Source: a virus
Taxonomy: Duplodnaviria > Caudoviricetes
Strand: one strand, 5' to 3'
Length of the DNA: 64,000 bases
Virus record (IMG/VR): IMGVR_UViG_2934807906_000003
Span: 1,944-65,943 of that record
Shown: one piece after another, positions 1 through 7,899 of the stretch
How positions within the stretch are numbered: the stretch's first letter is position 1
Layout of the letters: each line of letters begins with the position of its first letter
Made by a program: the position numbers and the translations under genes
Notes under the pieces: generated by a model
The model's database searches: none
Told to the model about the DNA's origin: nothing
What the model saw: only the letters and a program-made list of their open reading frames with translations

Positions 1-402
1 CGTCTCCGCCTTGTCCAGCAGCGGCTGCAACCCCTGCGCGAACCGGTCCAGCTCCCCCTTGACCCGCACCAACTCGTCCCGGGCCCGCGTCAGCTGCTCC
101 CGGGCCCGCGCGGCGACCGAGGCCTCCAGCTCGGCCCGGTCCAGGTCGTGCGCGTCGACCGCCTCGATGTACACGCGGCTGACCTGGTCGATGCGCTGCC
201 CGAGCGCCGCGAACCCCTCGCTCGCCTGCCGCGCGGCGGGCGACCCGTCCGCCGCCGCGATCGTCTCGATGGAGATCCGAAGATCCCGCTGCGCGGTGTC
301 CAGCTCGTAGAACGCCGCGGCGGCGGCATCCTTCGCCGCCTGCGCGTCCGCCCGCCGACTCTCGTCCCGCCCGCCGAACCACCGCCGGGATGCCGTCGTC
401 AC
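1..402 (-). CDS. Host conserved hypothetical coiled-coil protein, 5' part only (runs off the window)
   Basis: GTG at 402 after GGAGAGGG RBS; open frame MTTASRRWFGGRDESRRADAQAAKDAAAAAFYELDTAQRDLRISIETI... with GC-rich third positions; not in the ORF track. Confidence 0.7.
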   Translation of the reverse strand, partial: MTTASRRWFGGRDESRRADAQAAKDAAAAAFYELDTAQRDLRISIETIAAADGSPAARQASEGFAALGQRIDQVSRVYIEAVDAHDLDRAELEASVAARAREQLTRARDELVRVKGELDRFAQGLQPLLDKAET

Positions 403-512
403 AATCCCTCTCCCGTACGCGTCCGCGCCAGCCCTGCCCCGCTCCATTCTCCCCCACGGGAACGGGTTTGCGTGGGGGGTGTGCCCGGCATGTAGGCTGT
501 CCACTCATCCAC

Positions 513-586
513 GGGTGCGTAGCTCAGGGGTAGAGCGCTGCTCTTACAAAGCAGATGTCGGCGGTTCGAAACCGTCCGCGCCCACC
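513..586 (+). tRNA. trnV: tRNA-Val (anticodon TAC); prophage integration target
   Basis: Cloverleaf: acceptor GGGTGCG/CGCGCCC, D-arm GCTC/GAGC, anticodon arm CTGCT-CTTACAA-AGCAG, T-arm GGCGG-TTCGAAA-CCGTC. Confidence 0.97.
540..586 (+). repeat. att core, left copy (3' half of tRNA-Val)
   Basis: GCTCTTACAAAGCAGATGTCGGCGGTTCGAAACCGTCCGCGCCCACC is identical to 62775-62821. Confidence 0.97.
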
Positions 587-610
587 GCGTTGACCTCGGA
601 AGAGGTGAAG

Positions 611-647
611 GAAAGCCCAGGTCAGAACCCTCTGAGCCTGGGCTTTC
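611..647 (+). terminator. Hairpin after the tRNA (phage-supplied terminator)
   Basis: GAAAGCCCAGG...CCTGGGCTTTC inverted repeat followed by pyrimidine-rich sequence. Confidence 0.65.
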
Positions 648-658
648 TCATCTTTGCG

Positions 659-715
659 TGCAGCTTGCCTACGCGCCAGTGCAGTCTCGCTACGCTCTCA
701 TGCAGGGTCACTACG
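659..715 (+). promoter_or_regulatory. Three 21-bp-periodic TGCAG-N5-CTACG direct repeats in the att arm (candidate Xis/RDF sites)
   Basis: Copies start at 659, 680 and 701. Confidence 0.6.
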
Positions 716-724
716 GCACTCCGC

Positions 725-742
725 CCCCTAAAATCCCCCCAA
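725..742 (+). promoter_or_regulatory. Candidate integrase arm-type site
   Basis: CCCCTAAAATCCCCCCAA matches CCCCTAAATTCCCCCCAA at 62676-62693 (17/18). Confidence 0.6.
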
Positions 743-779
743 GGGAACACGGTGTCGTTGCAGGTCAGGGGCCAAATGC

Positions 780-814
780 GGCGACCCCCCTCCATGCGTC
801 GGAGGGGGGTCGCC
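780..814. terminator. GC-rich stem-loop
   Basis: GGCGACCCCCCTCC / GGAGGGGGGTCGCC perfect 14-bp stem. Confidence 0.6.
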
Positions 815-972
815 TTGCCGCTGGATGCCTGACGTCGCCCAACCACGCTGATGGTGGGACCCGCGCCGCTACACCCTACGGCCGCCTATGTCGTCGACTC
901 GGTCGACGTTGGTACCGAAAAGCGGGATGTATCCCGCAGACAAAACGATCTTCAGGTCTGAGTGTCTAGTAG

Positions 973-1203
973 GTGCAACCCGCTACACCCCCCTGGATCG
1001 CCGAAGCCCGCGTCAGACTGGGCAACCGCATCCGCGATGCCCGTCTCGATGCGGAGCTGACGCAGGACAAGCTTGCCGAGTTGGCCGGGATCGACCGGAC
1101 AACCCTGCAGAAGACCGAGGCCGGCAAGACGGACCCGAAGTTCTCACAACTGCTCCGCCTTGCGCGAGCCCTTCGCCTCCCGGCGAAGGACCTCATGCCG
1201 TAG
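973..1203 (+). CDS. XRE-family helix-turn-helix regulator
   Basis: LGNRIRDARLDAELTQDKLAELAGIDRTTLQKTEAG..P.FSQLLRLARAL, typical HTH_3 pattern. Confidence 0.9.
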   Translation: MQPATPPWIAEARVRLGNRIRDARLDAELTQDKLAELAGIDRTTLQKTEAGKTDPKFSQLLRLARALRLPAKDLMP

Positions 1204-1476
1204 TCCTGGTGTCCGCATGCCCAGTTTCGGTCAGACGAACGGTTTCCAGTCTGCCTGGCATATGCACCCGTCCGGAAGTGTGTAAACAGATATATGCAGA
1301 CGGTCACTTCGCACCCTGTGTGAAAAGTTAACCAACGGTCATGCTCTACCGTCGACTTGGGTGCTGGCAAGTCGAACGCATGCGCGAACATTTGTGGCAG
1401 CGAACGGCTGCGCGAAGCCACCCGGGCGTGTCTGGTTCCCGCCTCTCCGCTGCCGCCGCGGCGGAGAGGCGGGGGC

Positions 1477-1668
1477 CTAGGTGCCGCCGTGGCCGGTGCA
1501 GGCCCGCGGGAACCAGCGGACCGTGGCGCCTGCTCGGCCGGCGCGACGCTCGCCAAGGTCGACCGCGGTCTCGTTGTCGAGGTGGATCCCGCAGAACACG
1601 CATGCGCTGCCGCGGACCTGCTGCTCGGACAGCTCTGACAGGGGCGGCAGTTCATCGAGCGCGTCCAT
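1477..1668 (-). CDS. Small hypothetical protein with CxxC
   Basis: MDALDELPPLSELSEQQVRGSACVFCG...WFPRAC; divergent from the TPR-type regulator. Confidence 0.6.
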   Translation of the reverse strand: MDALDELPPLSELSEQQVRGSACVFCGIHLDNETAVDLGERRAGRAGATVRWFPRACTGHGGT

Positions 1669-1740
1669 GATCCCTCGCGATTCGTCGGCGGTCGGTGGCG
1701 GTGTACAGAGATGATGTCCATGCACGCAGACCGGCAGATA

Positions 1741-1782
1741 GGCCATGGCGTGGCCACGCGTGGCCACGTGGCGGCCATGGCC
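1741..1782. promoter_or_regulatory. Tandem GGCCA/TGGCCA palindromes between divergent genes (candidate operator)
   Basis: GGCCATGG CGTGGCCACG CGTGGCCACG TGGC GGCCATGGCC. Confidence 0.45.
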
Positions 1783-1816
1783 CGAGGTGACCGCGATGAG
1801 CCCCCAGACTGAATCC

Positions 1817-3067
1817 ATGAGCCACCGCAACGACGCGTTGAGAGCCGCCCGGCTGCGGGTCGGCTGGCGCACGATGGACGCCGCGGCGGCAGCCCTGCAG
1901 GCCCACGGGCAGCAGCTCCTCGACGACCCGCACTACACAGTGTCCGCGCGAACATGGCGCCGCTGGGAAGGCCACGCCGACGACCGGCGTTGGCCCCCGG
2001 AGGAGACGGCCATCGTGCTGCACGACGCGCTCGGCAGGTGGCCCGAAGACCTGGGATTCCCGGCGCCCGCCGGCTGGATCCGCCCCGAGGCACACCAAGA
2101 GGATGACGTGAAGCGACGCGCTTTCGTGTCCGTGACCGCCGCCGCGCTGATGCCCGGCCCCACGGCCACCCAGCACGTAGACCCGGCCCTCATCGACTAC
2201 TTCCAGCAGCAGCTCGAGGGCCACTACCGGGCCGACATGCTGCTCGGCCCCCACGACCTGATCGGCACAGTGAGTGCCCAGTACCAGCTCATCGACAAGC
2301 TGGTGCGGTCCGCGGCCGGGGAGACCCGCCGCAGCCTGCTCCGGGTCGGTGCCGCCTACGCGGCGCTCGTCGGCTGGCTGTACCAGGACGCCGGCGACCT
2401 CGGTGCCGCGGCGTTCTGGCGGGGCATAACGCAGGAGATCGCCGCCCGGTCGCGGGACCCGCACCTGATCGGCTACAGCCTCGTCAACCTGGCCCAGGTG
2501 CGGACCGACCTGGGCGACGGGCACGGCGTCATCGACCTGTGCGAGGCCGCCCTCGACGACGAGCGGATCTTCCCCAAGGTGCAGATCATGGCGATGCAGC
2601 AGCAGGCCCACGGGGCGAGCCTGACCGGCGACCGCACGGCCGTCGACCGGCTCATCGACACCGCCGACGGACTGCTCGCCCGAGTCGACGACGACCTCCC
2701 CTGGGGCAATGCCTGCCGCCGCACGCCCGGCTACCTCGAGGTACAGCGAGCCACCTGCTACGGCCGGCTCGGCCTCGGCCGGGAAGCCGACGCCCTGTGG
2801 CGGCAGGTGCTGGCCGCAGTGCCGTCCACCGCCCGCCGAGACCGCGGCGTGTACCTCGCCCGGCACGCGTCCGCCGCCGCAGCTGCGCGGGAACCGGACC
2901 ACGCCGTCGAGATCGCCAGAGAGGCGGCGACGATCGCCGTGGAGACCCGTTCCGCGCGGATGGTCCGCGAACTCCTCACCCTGGAGCGGGCCATGAGGCC
3001 ATGGCACGATGCCCCGGTAGGCCGGGACCTCGCGGAGATCCTGGCGCCTGTGACTGAGGGGAGCTGA
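1817..3067 (+). CDS. Streptomyces-type HTH + TPR-like regulator (NsdA-like architecture)
   Basis: N-terminal HTH (SARTWRRWE), internal VKRRAF motif, helical C-terminus with GWLYQDAG. Confidence 0.8.
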   Translation: MSHRNDALRAARLRVGWRTMDAAAAALQAHGQQLLDDPHYTVSARTWRRWEGHADDRRWPPEETAIVLHDALGRWPEDLGFPAPAGWIRPEAHQEDDVKRRAFVSVTAAALMPGPTATQHVDPALIDYFQQQLEGHYRADMLLGPHDLIGTVSAQYQLIDKLVRSAAGETRRSLLRVGAAYAALVGWLYQDAGDLGAAAFWRGITQEIAARSRDPHLIGYSLVNLAQVRTDLGDGHGVIDLCEAALDDERIFPKVQIMAMQQQAHGASLTGDRTAVDRLIDTADGLLARVDDDLPWGNACRRTPGYLEVQRATCYGRLGLGREADALWRQVLAAVPSTARRDRGVYLARHASAAAAAREPDHAVEIAREAATIAVETRSARMVRELLTLERAMRPWHDAPVGRDLAEILAPVTEGS

Positions 3068-3068
3068 C

Positions 3069-3383
3069 ATGGGTGCGCTGAAGCCGATGACGCACGAGGA
3101 GATCGCGGAGGGTCTGGCCAAGCTGCCGGGCTGGACGCAGGAGGGTGATGCGATCACCCGCACGTACCCGATCCGCTATCACGCGGCGGTCGCGGCGATC
3201 GTGACGATCGCGGACCGATCCCGTCGGATCCAGCACCACGCGGACCTGGACCTGCGGATCGACCACCTGCGGGCGTCCATCACCACACACGACGCCGGCC
3301 ACCGGCTGACTGCGGCCGACTTCGATCTGGCCCACCGCATCGATGAGATCGTGGCCGCGCATCAGGCCCTTCCTCTGGACTGA
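3069..3383 (+). CDS. Pterin-4a-carbinolamine dehydratase (PCD/DCoH) family protein
   Basis: LPGW...ITRTY, HHAD (canonical HHPD), TTHDAG, LT.ADFDLA.RID motifs. Confidence 0.85.
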   Translation: MGALKPMTHEEIAEGLAKLPGWTQEGDAITRTYPIRYHAAVAAIVTIADRSRRIQHHADLDLRIDHLRASITTHDAGHRLTAADFDLAHRIDEIVAAHQALPLD

Positions 3384-3413
3384 CCGTCGGGCCTCCCCGA
3401 TACCCTGTTCGAC

Positions 3414-3566
3414 ATGTCCGCCACCCGTCCCGCCCGCTCTGCGGCCGAGGTCAACGCCGAGATCCGGGCGCTGGTCGCCGCGGGTGGGGCGGGTACGGAC
3501 CGGTACCGGGAGCTGCTCGTCGAGTGGGGCGAGGCGATGCGCGCCGGGGTCGAGCCGGCGGCATAG
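3414..3566 (+). CDS. Small hypothetical protein (50 aa)
   Basis: MSATRPARSAAEVNAEIRALV...YRELLVEW; read manually, below the ORF-track cutoff. Confidence 0.6.
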   Translation: MSATRPARSAAEVNAEIRALVAAGGAGTDRYRELLVEWGEAMRAGVEPAA

Positions 3567-3575
3567 GATCCGCCG

Positions 3576-3866
3576 GTGGCAATCGAACTGAACGACGACC
3601 TTCTGGCCCTGCGGCAGGCTGCGGATGATGCGCACGCCGAGGTGCGCCGGCTGCAGGAGGAGTACGGGAAGCCGACTCAAGAGGGCGGCTGGACCGAGGA
3701 GCAGCACACCGCCTGGAATGTGGCGGTGGAAGCCTGGCGGGACCGGGCCGCCGAAGTCCAGGACGCCATCGCCGACCACGCGAAGGCGACGGGGCAGGAC
3801 CGCGGGAAGCTCGAGGCTGCGGTGAACGCAGCGGTCCGGCATCCGAAGCCGGCCGACGGGTCCTGA
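3576..3866 (+). CDS. Hypothetical helical protein
   Basis: ORF with coding-like composition in an operon arrangement. Confidence 0.7.
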   Translation: MAIELNDDLLALRQAADDAHAEVRRLQEEYGKPTQEGGWTEEQHTAWNVAVEAWRDRAAEVQDAIADHAKATGQDRGKLEAAVNAAVRHPKPADGS

Positions 3867-4029
3867 CGCACCTCCGCCCCGCCGGGCGCTGTCCCCGCAT
3901 GGGGTCCGGTGGGGCGGGATCGTGCAGCTGCAGCCCGCAGCGCCCCCGCAAGCTAGGGAACTGCTCGCGGATGATGTGTCCACGCTAGACCCAGGCGCTG
4001 ACAAAGGGCATGCGCCGATCGGCGTAGAA

Positions 4030-4045
4030 TCGAACTTGTGTCCGA
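4030..4045 (+). promoter_or_regulatory. LexA (SOS) box overlapping the -10 element and start codon
   Basis: TCGAAC-TTGT-GTCCGA versus actinobacterial consensus TCGAAC-N4-GTTCGA; TAGAAT at 4025-4030. Confidence 0.75.
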
Positions 4046-4373
4046 TCTGCCGCCCGACCTGCCCCGCCTCCGCACCCTGGAGACATGGCTCCAGCTGAGC
4101 CTCGACCGGGTCCGGCAGCAGATCGCCGACGCGGAGAAGCGCCACGCCGAGGTGGCCGCCCGCCTGCCGCCCGCGCCACCGCCGGACTGGGAGCTGGAGC
4201 TCGACCTCAGCAAGCATCCGTCGATGGTCCACGTCGGCGGCTGCACCATGGGCGGCAAGGGCTTCCGATCCCGCCCGGTCAGTCGCACGGACGCGCTGCG
4301 GCTCCTCTGCGTCGACCGGCTCGAGGCCTGCCCGTACTGCCGACCGGACGCCGAGCTCGGGGTGCTGGACTGA
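4038..4373 (+). CDS. DUF6233-like protein
   Basis: DLPPDLPRLRTLETW, VHVGGC and ACPYCRPDAELG motifs. Confidence 0.75.
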   Translation: MSDLPPDLPRLRTLETWLQLSLDRVRQQIADAEKRHAEVAARLPPAPPPDWELELDLSKHPSMVHVGGCTMGGKGFRSRPVSRTDALRLLCVDRLEACPYCRPDAELGVLD

Positions 4374-4396
4374 CCGGACCGGCGCAGGCTGGAGGC

Positions 4397-4606
4397 ATGA
4401 CCGAGCCGCGTGTCGTCGTCTACCCGCCCGACGAGGACGGAACCCGCAGGGTGCGCGTGGACGGGGTGATCCTCGGACGAGCGTTCGGCATGGCCGATGT
4501 GATCGAGTTCCTGCGCCGCGCGGGCCTCGACGACGAGGCGGAATGGCCGCCGATCGAGTGGCGCGGCGGCGGGCCCGAGGTCTGGACGGCAGCCGACCAG
4601 CCGTGA
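4397..4606 (+). CDS. Small conserved actinobacterial hypothetical protein
   Basis: GGAGG RBS; VYPPDEDGTRRVRVDGVILG...EWRGGGPEVW. Confidence 0.75.
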   Translation: MTEPRVVVYPPDEDGTRRVRVDGVILGRAFGMADVIEFLRRAGLDDEAEWPPIEWRGGGPEVWTAADQP

Positions 4607-4635
4607 CGCGCGCACGGCCCCGCCGTTACCCGAGC

Positions 4636-4812
4636 GTGGACTTCGACGACCTGATGGCCCAGCCCGGCGACCGGCTCCCGCTCCTCACCCGCGGCGAGGC
4701 CGGCGCGCTCATCGCCCTCCTCGGACAGCTCGCCGACGGCGCGGACGAGAGCCTCCGGCTGGCCGCGGGCGAGATTCAGGCCCGGATCGGGATGCGGCTG
4801 CCCGCCGAGTAG
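4636..4812 (+). CDS. Hypothetical protein
   Basis: MDFDDLMAQPGDRLPLLTRGEA...; coding-like composition. Confidence 0.5.
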   Translation: MDFDDLMAQPGDRLPLLTRGEAGALIALLGQLADGADESLRLAAGEIQARIGMRLPAE

Positions 4813-4864
4813 ACGCGGACACGAAGAAGCCCGCCCCCGCTGGATGCAGGAGCGGGCGTCGGGA

Positions 4865-5056
4865 TCAGGATGGGTGATGGCTTGCCAGATGAGCCGTCGC
4901 AGCTGCCGCGGCTTCATCGCTCGTGCGCGCGGACCCCCACTTGGCGCACCGCACCGGTGTGGAGCCGACGACTCGATCAGTGCGGCAGTGCCAATCCCAC
5001 GGCGTCGGGCTGCCCGGCACGGAGCTCCGGCGGACGGTGTAGTTCTTGGGACTCAC
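4865..5056 (-). CDS. Small hypothetical protein (possible C2H2-like metal binding)
   Basis: GGAGG RBS; WDWHC...C...AATAHLASHH. Confidence 0.5.
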   Translation of the reverse strand: MSPKNYTVRRSSVPGSPTPWDWHCRTDRVVGSTPVRCAKWGSARTSDEAAAAATAHLASHHPS

Positions 5057-5079
5057 TTCAGACCTCCGGTTGGTTGGTA

Positions 5080-5102
5080 GCGCATAACGTTCCCTTAAGC
5101 GC
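5080..5102. other. lox/dif-like site A
   Basis: GCGCATAA-CGTTCCC-TTAAGCGC: near-palindromic arms with a 7-bp asymmetric spacer. Confidence 0.45.
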
Positions 5103-5301
5103 CAGGATTTGAGGGCTCCAGCGGACCGCCGGCGACCCCTCGCTCGCGTCGCCGACGTGTCACGTACCGGTGCAGGTCTCCGAGGATCACGTCGGTCAGC
5201 GTCCGCCCCTCGGCGGCAGCCTCTTCCTTGGCCGCGTCCCATAGGTCCTGCGGCACACGGATGTTCTTGAGTGGCGTCTTGCCGGTGGCGGGCCGGGCCA
5301 T
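5095..5301 (-). CDS. Ribbon-helix-helix DNA-binding protein
   Basis: TPLKNIRVPQDLWDAAKEEAAAEGRTLTDVI, Arc/CopG-like pattern. Confidence 0.8.
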   Translation of the reverse strand: MARPATGKTPLKNIRVPQDLWDAAKEEAAAEGRTLTDVILGDLHRYVTRRRRERGVAGGPLEPSNPGA

Positions 5302-5317
5302 ATCTCCCCCTTGAAGG

Positions 5318-5398
5318 TGTGGGTACAGAAACTAGCATCCGCCTGCATGGAGACCTTGACAAGAGTGCATTGCGAGCGCATTCTGTAGGTACAGAAAC
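5318..5398 (+). promoter_or_regulatory. Divergent promoter with repeated operator TGT(A/G)GGTACAGAAAC
   Basis: TTGACA 5356-5361, 17-bp spacer, CATTCT; operator copies at 5318-5332 and 5384-5398. Confidence 0.65.
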
Positions 5399-5421
5399 AA
5401 CCCGCGAACAGGGAGATTCAA

Positions 5422-5628
5422 GTGAACGACTTCATGGTCGGTCAGCGAGTCCGCCTCACCGCCGACTTCCTTCCGGCCTGGCCGCAGGCCTACTCCGCAC
5501 CCGCCGGCACCCTCGGCACGGTCGTCAGCCTCCCGAAGCAGCCGCTCCACGGACACGGCGTGCTTCTCGACGAAGACCCCACCGGCCTCCCCGTAGCCGT
5601 CGACTCGCGCGAACTCGAAGCCATCTAG
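5422..5628 (+). CDS. Small SH3/KOW-like beta-barrel protein
   Basis: FMVGQRVRL...GTLGTVV...ELEAI; GGAG RBS. Confidence 0.7.
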   Translation: MNDFMVGQRVRLTADFLPAWPQAYSAPAGTLGTVVSLPKQPLHGHGVLLDEDPTGLPVAVDSRELEAI

Positions 5629-5651
5629 CCTCGACCCTCAAGGAGCCTGAC

Positions 5652-5918
5652 ATGCGACCGACACCCACCACTGCTGGCGACTGGCACTGCGCGCTCATCG
5701 ACCACCTCACCCACGAGCTCGTGGTGCACACCCGGATGCAGCCGATGCAGGTCGTGGTGGTGGCGTGTGCCGCAAGTGACGGGCGGGCATCACTGTCCGT
5801 CCGACCGGATGGCACCCCCGAAGCCGAGGCTCGGTGGCGGCCTCACGTGTCGATGCGCCTGTTCTTTGCCGACCGGTCGGTGGGCTGCCGTACCTGCCAG
5901 ATGCCTGTGGCCCGTTAG
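5652..5918 (+). CDS. Hypothetical protein
   Basis: AAGGAG RBS before ATG 5652. Confidence 0.6.
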   Translation: MRPTPTTAGDWHCALIDHLTHELVVHTRMQPMQVVVVACAASDGRASLSVRPDGTPEAEARWRPHVSMRLFFADRSVGCRTCQMPVAR

Positions 5919-5926
5919 GAGACCCA

Positions 5927-6046
5927 ATGCCCTCCGCTCCTCACCTGCCCACCCCGCACGCCGGGGTGGGCATTGCCCTGCCAGGCTCGGACCTGTTCGA
6001 GACGGTCCGCCGCAAGCTCATCGACGACCTCGGCCCCGCCCGGTAG
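5927..6046 (+). CDS. Small hypothetical protein
   Basis: AGGAG RBS; ends at hairpin 6033-6054. Confidence 0.4.
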   Translation: MPSAPHLPTPHAGVGIALPGSDLFETVRRKLIDDLGPAR

Positions 6047-6066
6047 GGCGGGGCTTTGCTGTCGGC

Positions 6067-7116
6067 CTAGGTGCGGGGCTTGTGCGGCAGCAGCGGGTTG
6101 TTGCGGCGCTTGTCGGCCGGCCGGACATAGGCCAACACCTGGGTGGAGTTCTTGCTCCACCGGCCGTGCTCGGCGATGAAGGGGACAGGGACTCCCCGTT
6201 CGGCCGCGTCGGTCGGACCGCCTGCGCGCAGGCCGTGGGCCGTGGTCCGCTCGGCGTCCGTCAGGTTGGCGGCCTTGGCTAGCTTCTTGACGATCTCGCC
6301 CACGGCGGCAGCCGACATCCCCTTACCCACGGCTCCACGCGCATGGATGCAGCGGAGGAGGGGGCCGTCCACAACTCCGAACTCACGAAGGCCCTCGAGG
6401 TACAAGGCGACGATGCGGCCGGCGTCGATGTCGGGGGCGAGAGCGCGGGGGACGTCGACGTCTTCGCCCTTGGCATTGGTGTCAGTCTTGGACATGGGGA
6501 TGAAGACGGTCACCCAGTCCTCGGAGATCGCCAGCTGGCTGATCTGGATGGCAGCCAGCTCGGAGCGTCGGCCCATCAGTCCGTAGCCGAGCACGAGGAT
6601 CGCCGCGTCCCGCCGTCCGCTGAGCGAGTTCGGGTCGCACTGCGCGAGGAGGAGGCGGAGTACGTCGAGCGTGACGGCCTTCGCGCGGCGCGGTCGCCAG
6701 CCGGCCTTCGCGCGGTCCTGGCGGTGGACCTTGATTAGCTCGCGGGCGGCCCGGGTCGGTGGCTGCCCCTCGAAGCCAGCGCGGAAGTGGGCGGTGCGGA
6801 TGGCGGAGAGCGCCTGATCGAGGCTGTTGGGCGAGTAGGGCTTGCCGGTCGTGGTCGATGTGGATCGCATGAGGTGGCCGATGAACTCGGCGACGGTCTG
6901 TCCGGTCATGGGGAGCGCGGTGCGCTGCTCGCGCTCGCACCATGTGATGGCCATCCGCCACCACCGCTTGTAGGCGCGGTCGGTGTTGTCGGCGATGGAG
7001 CGCTTGAGGTCGGCGATGGTCTCGCCTGAGAGGTGTTCGTCGTTGGTGCGCGGTGCAGGCAGTTCAGTGACGATCTCGGCTTGATGTACCGGTTCGAGTT
7101 CGCTCCCCACGTTCAC
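6067..7116 (-). CDS. Cre-like tyrosine recombinase
   Basis: NT.RAY...W, RDAAIL.LG, RRSEL, SKTD, HGLRAG, HGRW, LAYVR; catalytic R-K-H-R-W-Y intact. Confidence 0.9.
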   Translation of the reverse strand: MNVGSELEPVHQAEIVTELPAPRTNDEHLSGETIADLKRSIADNTDRAYKRWWRMAITWCEREQRTALPMTGQTVAEFIGHLMRSTSTTTGKPYSPNSLDQALSAIRTAHFRAGFEGQPPTRAARELIKVHRQDRAKAGWRPRRAKAVTLDVLRLLLAQCDPNSLSGRRDAAILVLGYGLMGRRSELAAIQISQLAISEDWVTVFIPMSKTDTNAKGEDVDVPRALAPDIDAGRIVALYLEGLREFGVVDGPLLRCIHARGAVGKGMSAAAVGEIVKKLAKAANLTDAERTTAHGLRAGGPTDAAERGVPVPFIAEHGRWSKNSTQVLAYVRPADKRRNNPLLPHKPRT

Positions 7117-7163
7117 CCTCCTTTGAGGCGGTATGTGACTAGAACTAGCGTACCGGTTAAGGC

Positions 7164-7188
7164 CCTTGATACGTGGGGGTTATCGCGG
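7164..7188. other. lox/dif-like site B upstream of the Cre-like gene
   Basis: CCTTGATAC-GTGGGGG-TTATCGCGG imperfect inverted arms with a 7-bp spacer. Confidence 0.4.
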
Positions 7189-7282
7189 CCTCGGCTCCCC
7201 AGTGGTCGCGATTCCGCAACACGGCCCCCGCCTCCAATGTCGGGGCGCTACCGTCTCGACCTCACCAACCTCTGGGGTCACC

Positions 7283-7888
7283 ATGCGCATCCGAACTCTC
7301 CCTGCCGCTCTGCTCCTTCTTGCCGCAGTCTCCGCCTGCAGCGGCGGAAAGCCCGCCGCGGCGCCCCCGCCTCCTGCCAGCCAGACAGCCCCCAAGCCTG
7401 TGCCGTCGGCAGCGTCTCCGGCGCTCGCGTTGGGCGCCGCAGCCGAGACGGTCGGCGCCGGTGGCACGGGACGGCTGGAGCTGACCCCGACATCCGTGAC
7501 CTACCTGCCGGCCGGGACCACCTTCGACAAGCCCACGCAGGGGCAGTTCGCCTTCATCACCATCAAGGCCAGGCCGACAACGGCAGTGGCTGCAGCTCAG
7601 GCAGCGCCGATCACCGGGGGCGGCTGGAGCTGGATCGCCCCCGACGGGCAGGCGATCGAGCAGGGAAACGGCCAGGCATTCAATGTCGTCGCCGAGTCCT
7701 TCAACGCCGGCGGAGCTGTCCAGCCAGGCAGCTGGGTCTGGGACTCTGCGGTCTTTGACCTGACCAAGGCGCAGGCTGGAGGGACACTCGTCTACACCGA
7801 CGGCGAGGGAACGACCATCCGGTGGAAGATCCCCGCTGAGGACGCGGGTGCCGAGGTCGCTCAGGTCAAGAAAGAGCTCGCCCCCTGA
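7283..7888 (+). CDS. Lipoprotein (DUF4352-like beta-sandwich)
   Basis: Lipobox VSAC after a hydrophobic signal, Pro-rich linker, VQPG...AVFD motif. Confidence 0.8.
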   Translation: MRIRTLPAALLLLAAVSACSGGKPAAAPPPPASQTAPKPVPSAASPALALGAAAETVGAGGTGRLELTPTSVTYLPAGTTFDKPTQGQFAFITIKARPTTAVAAAQAAPITGGGWSWIAPDGQAIEQGNGQAFNVVAESFNAGGAVQPGSWVWDSAVFDLTKAQAGGTLVYTDGEGTTIRWKIPAEDAGAEVAQVKKELAP

Positions 7889-7899
7889 GACGGCGAAAC

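Noticed and set aside
1817-3566. Arbitrium-like peptide communication system
   Set aside because: No adjacent small ORF with a secretion signal; the regulator resembles the common Streptomyces HTH-TPR family
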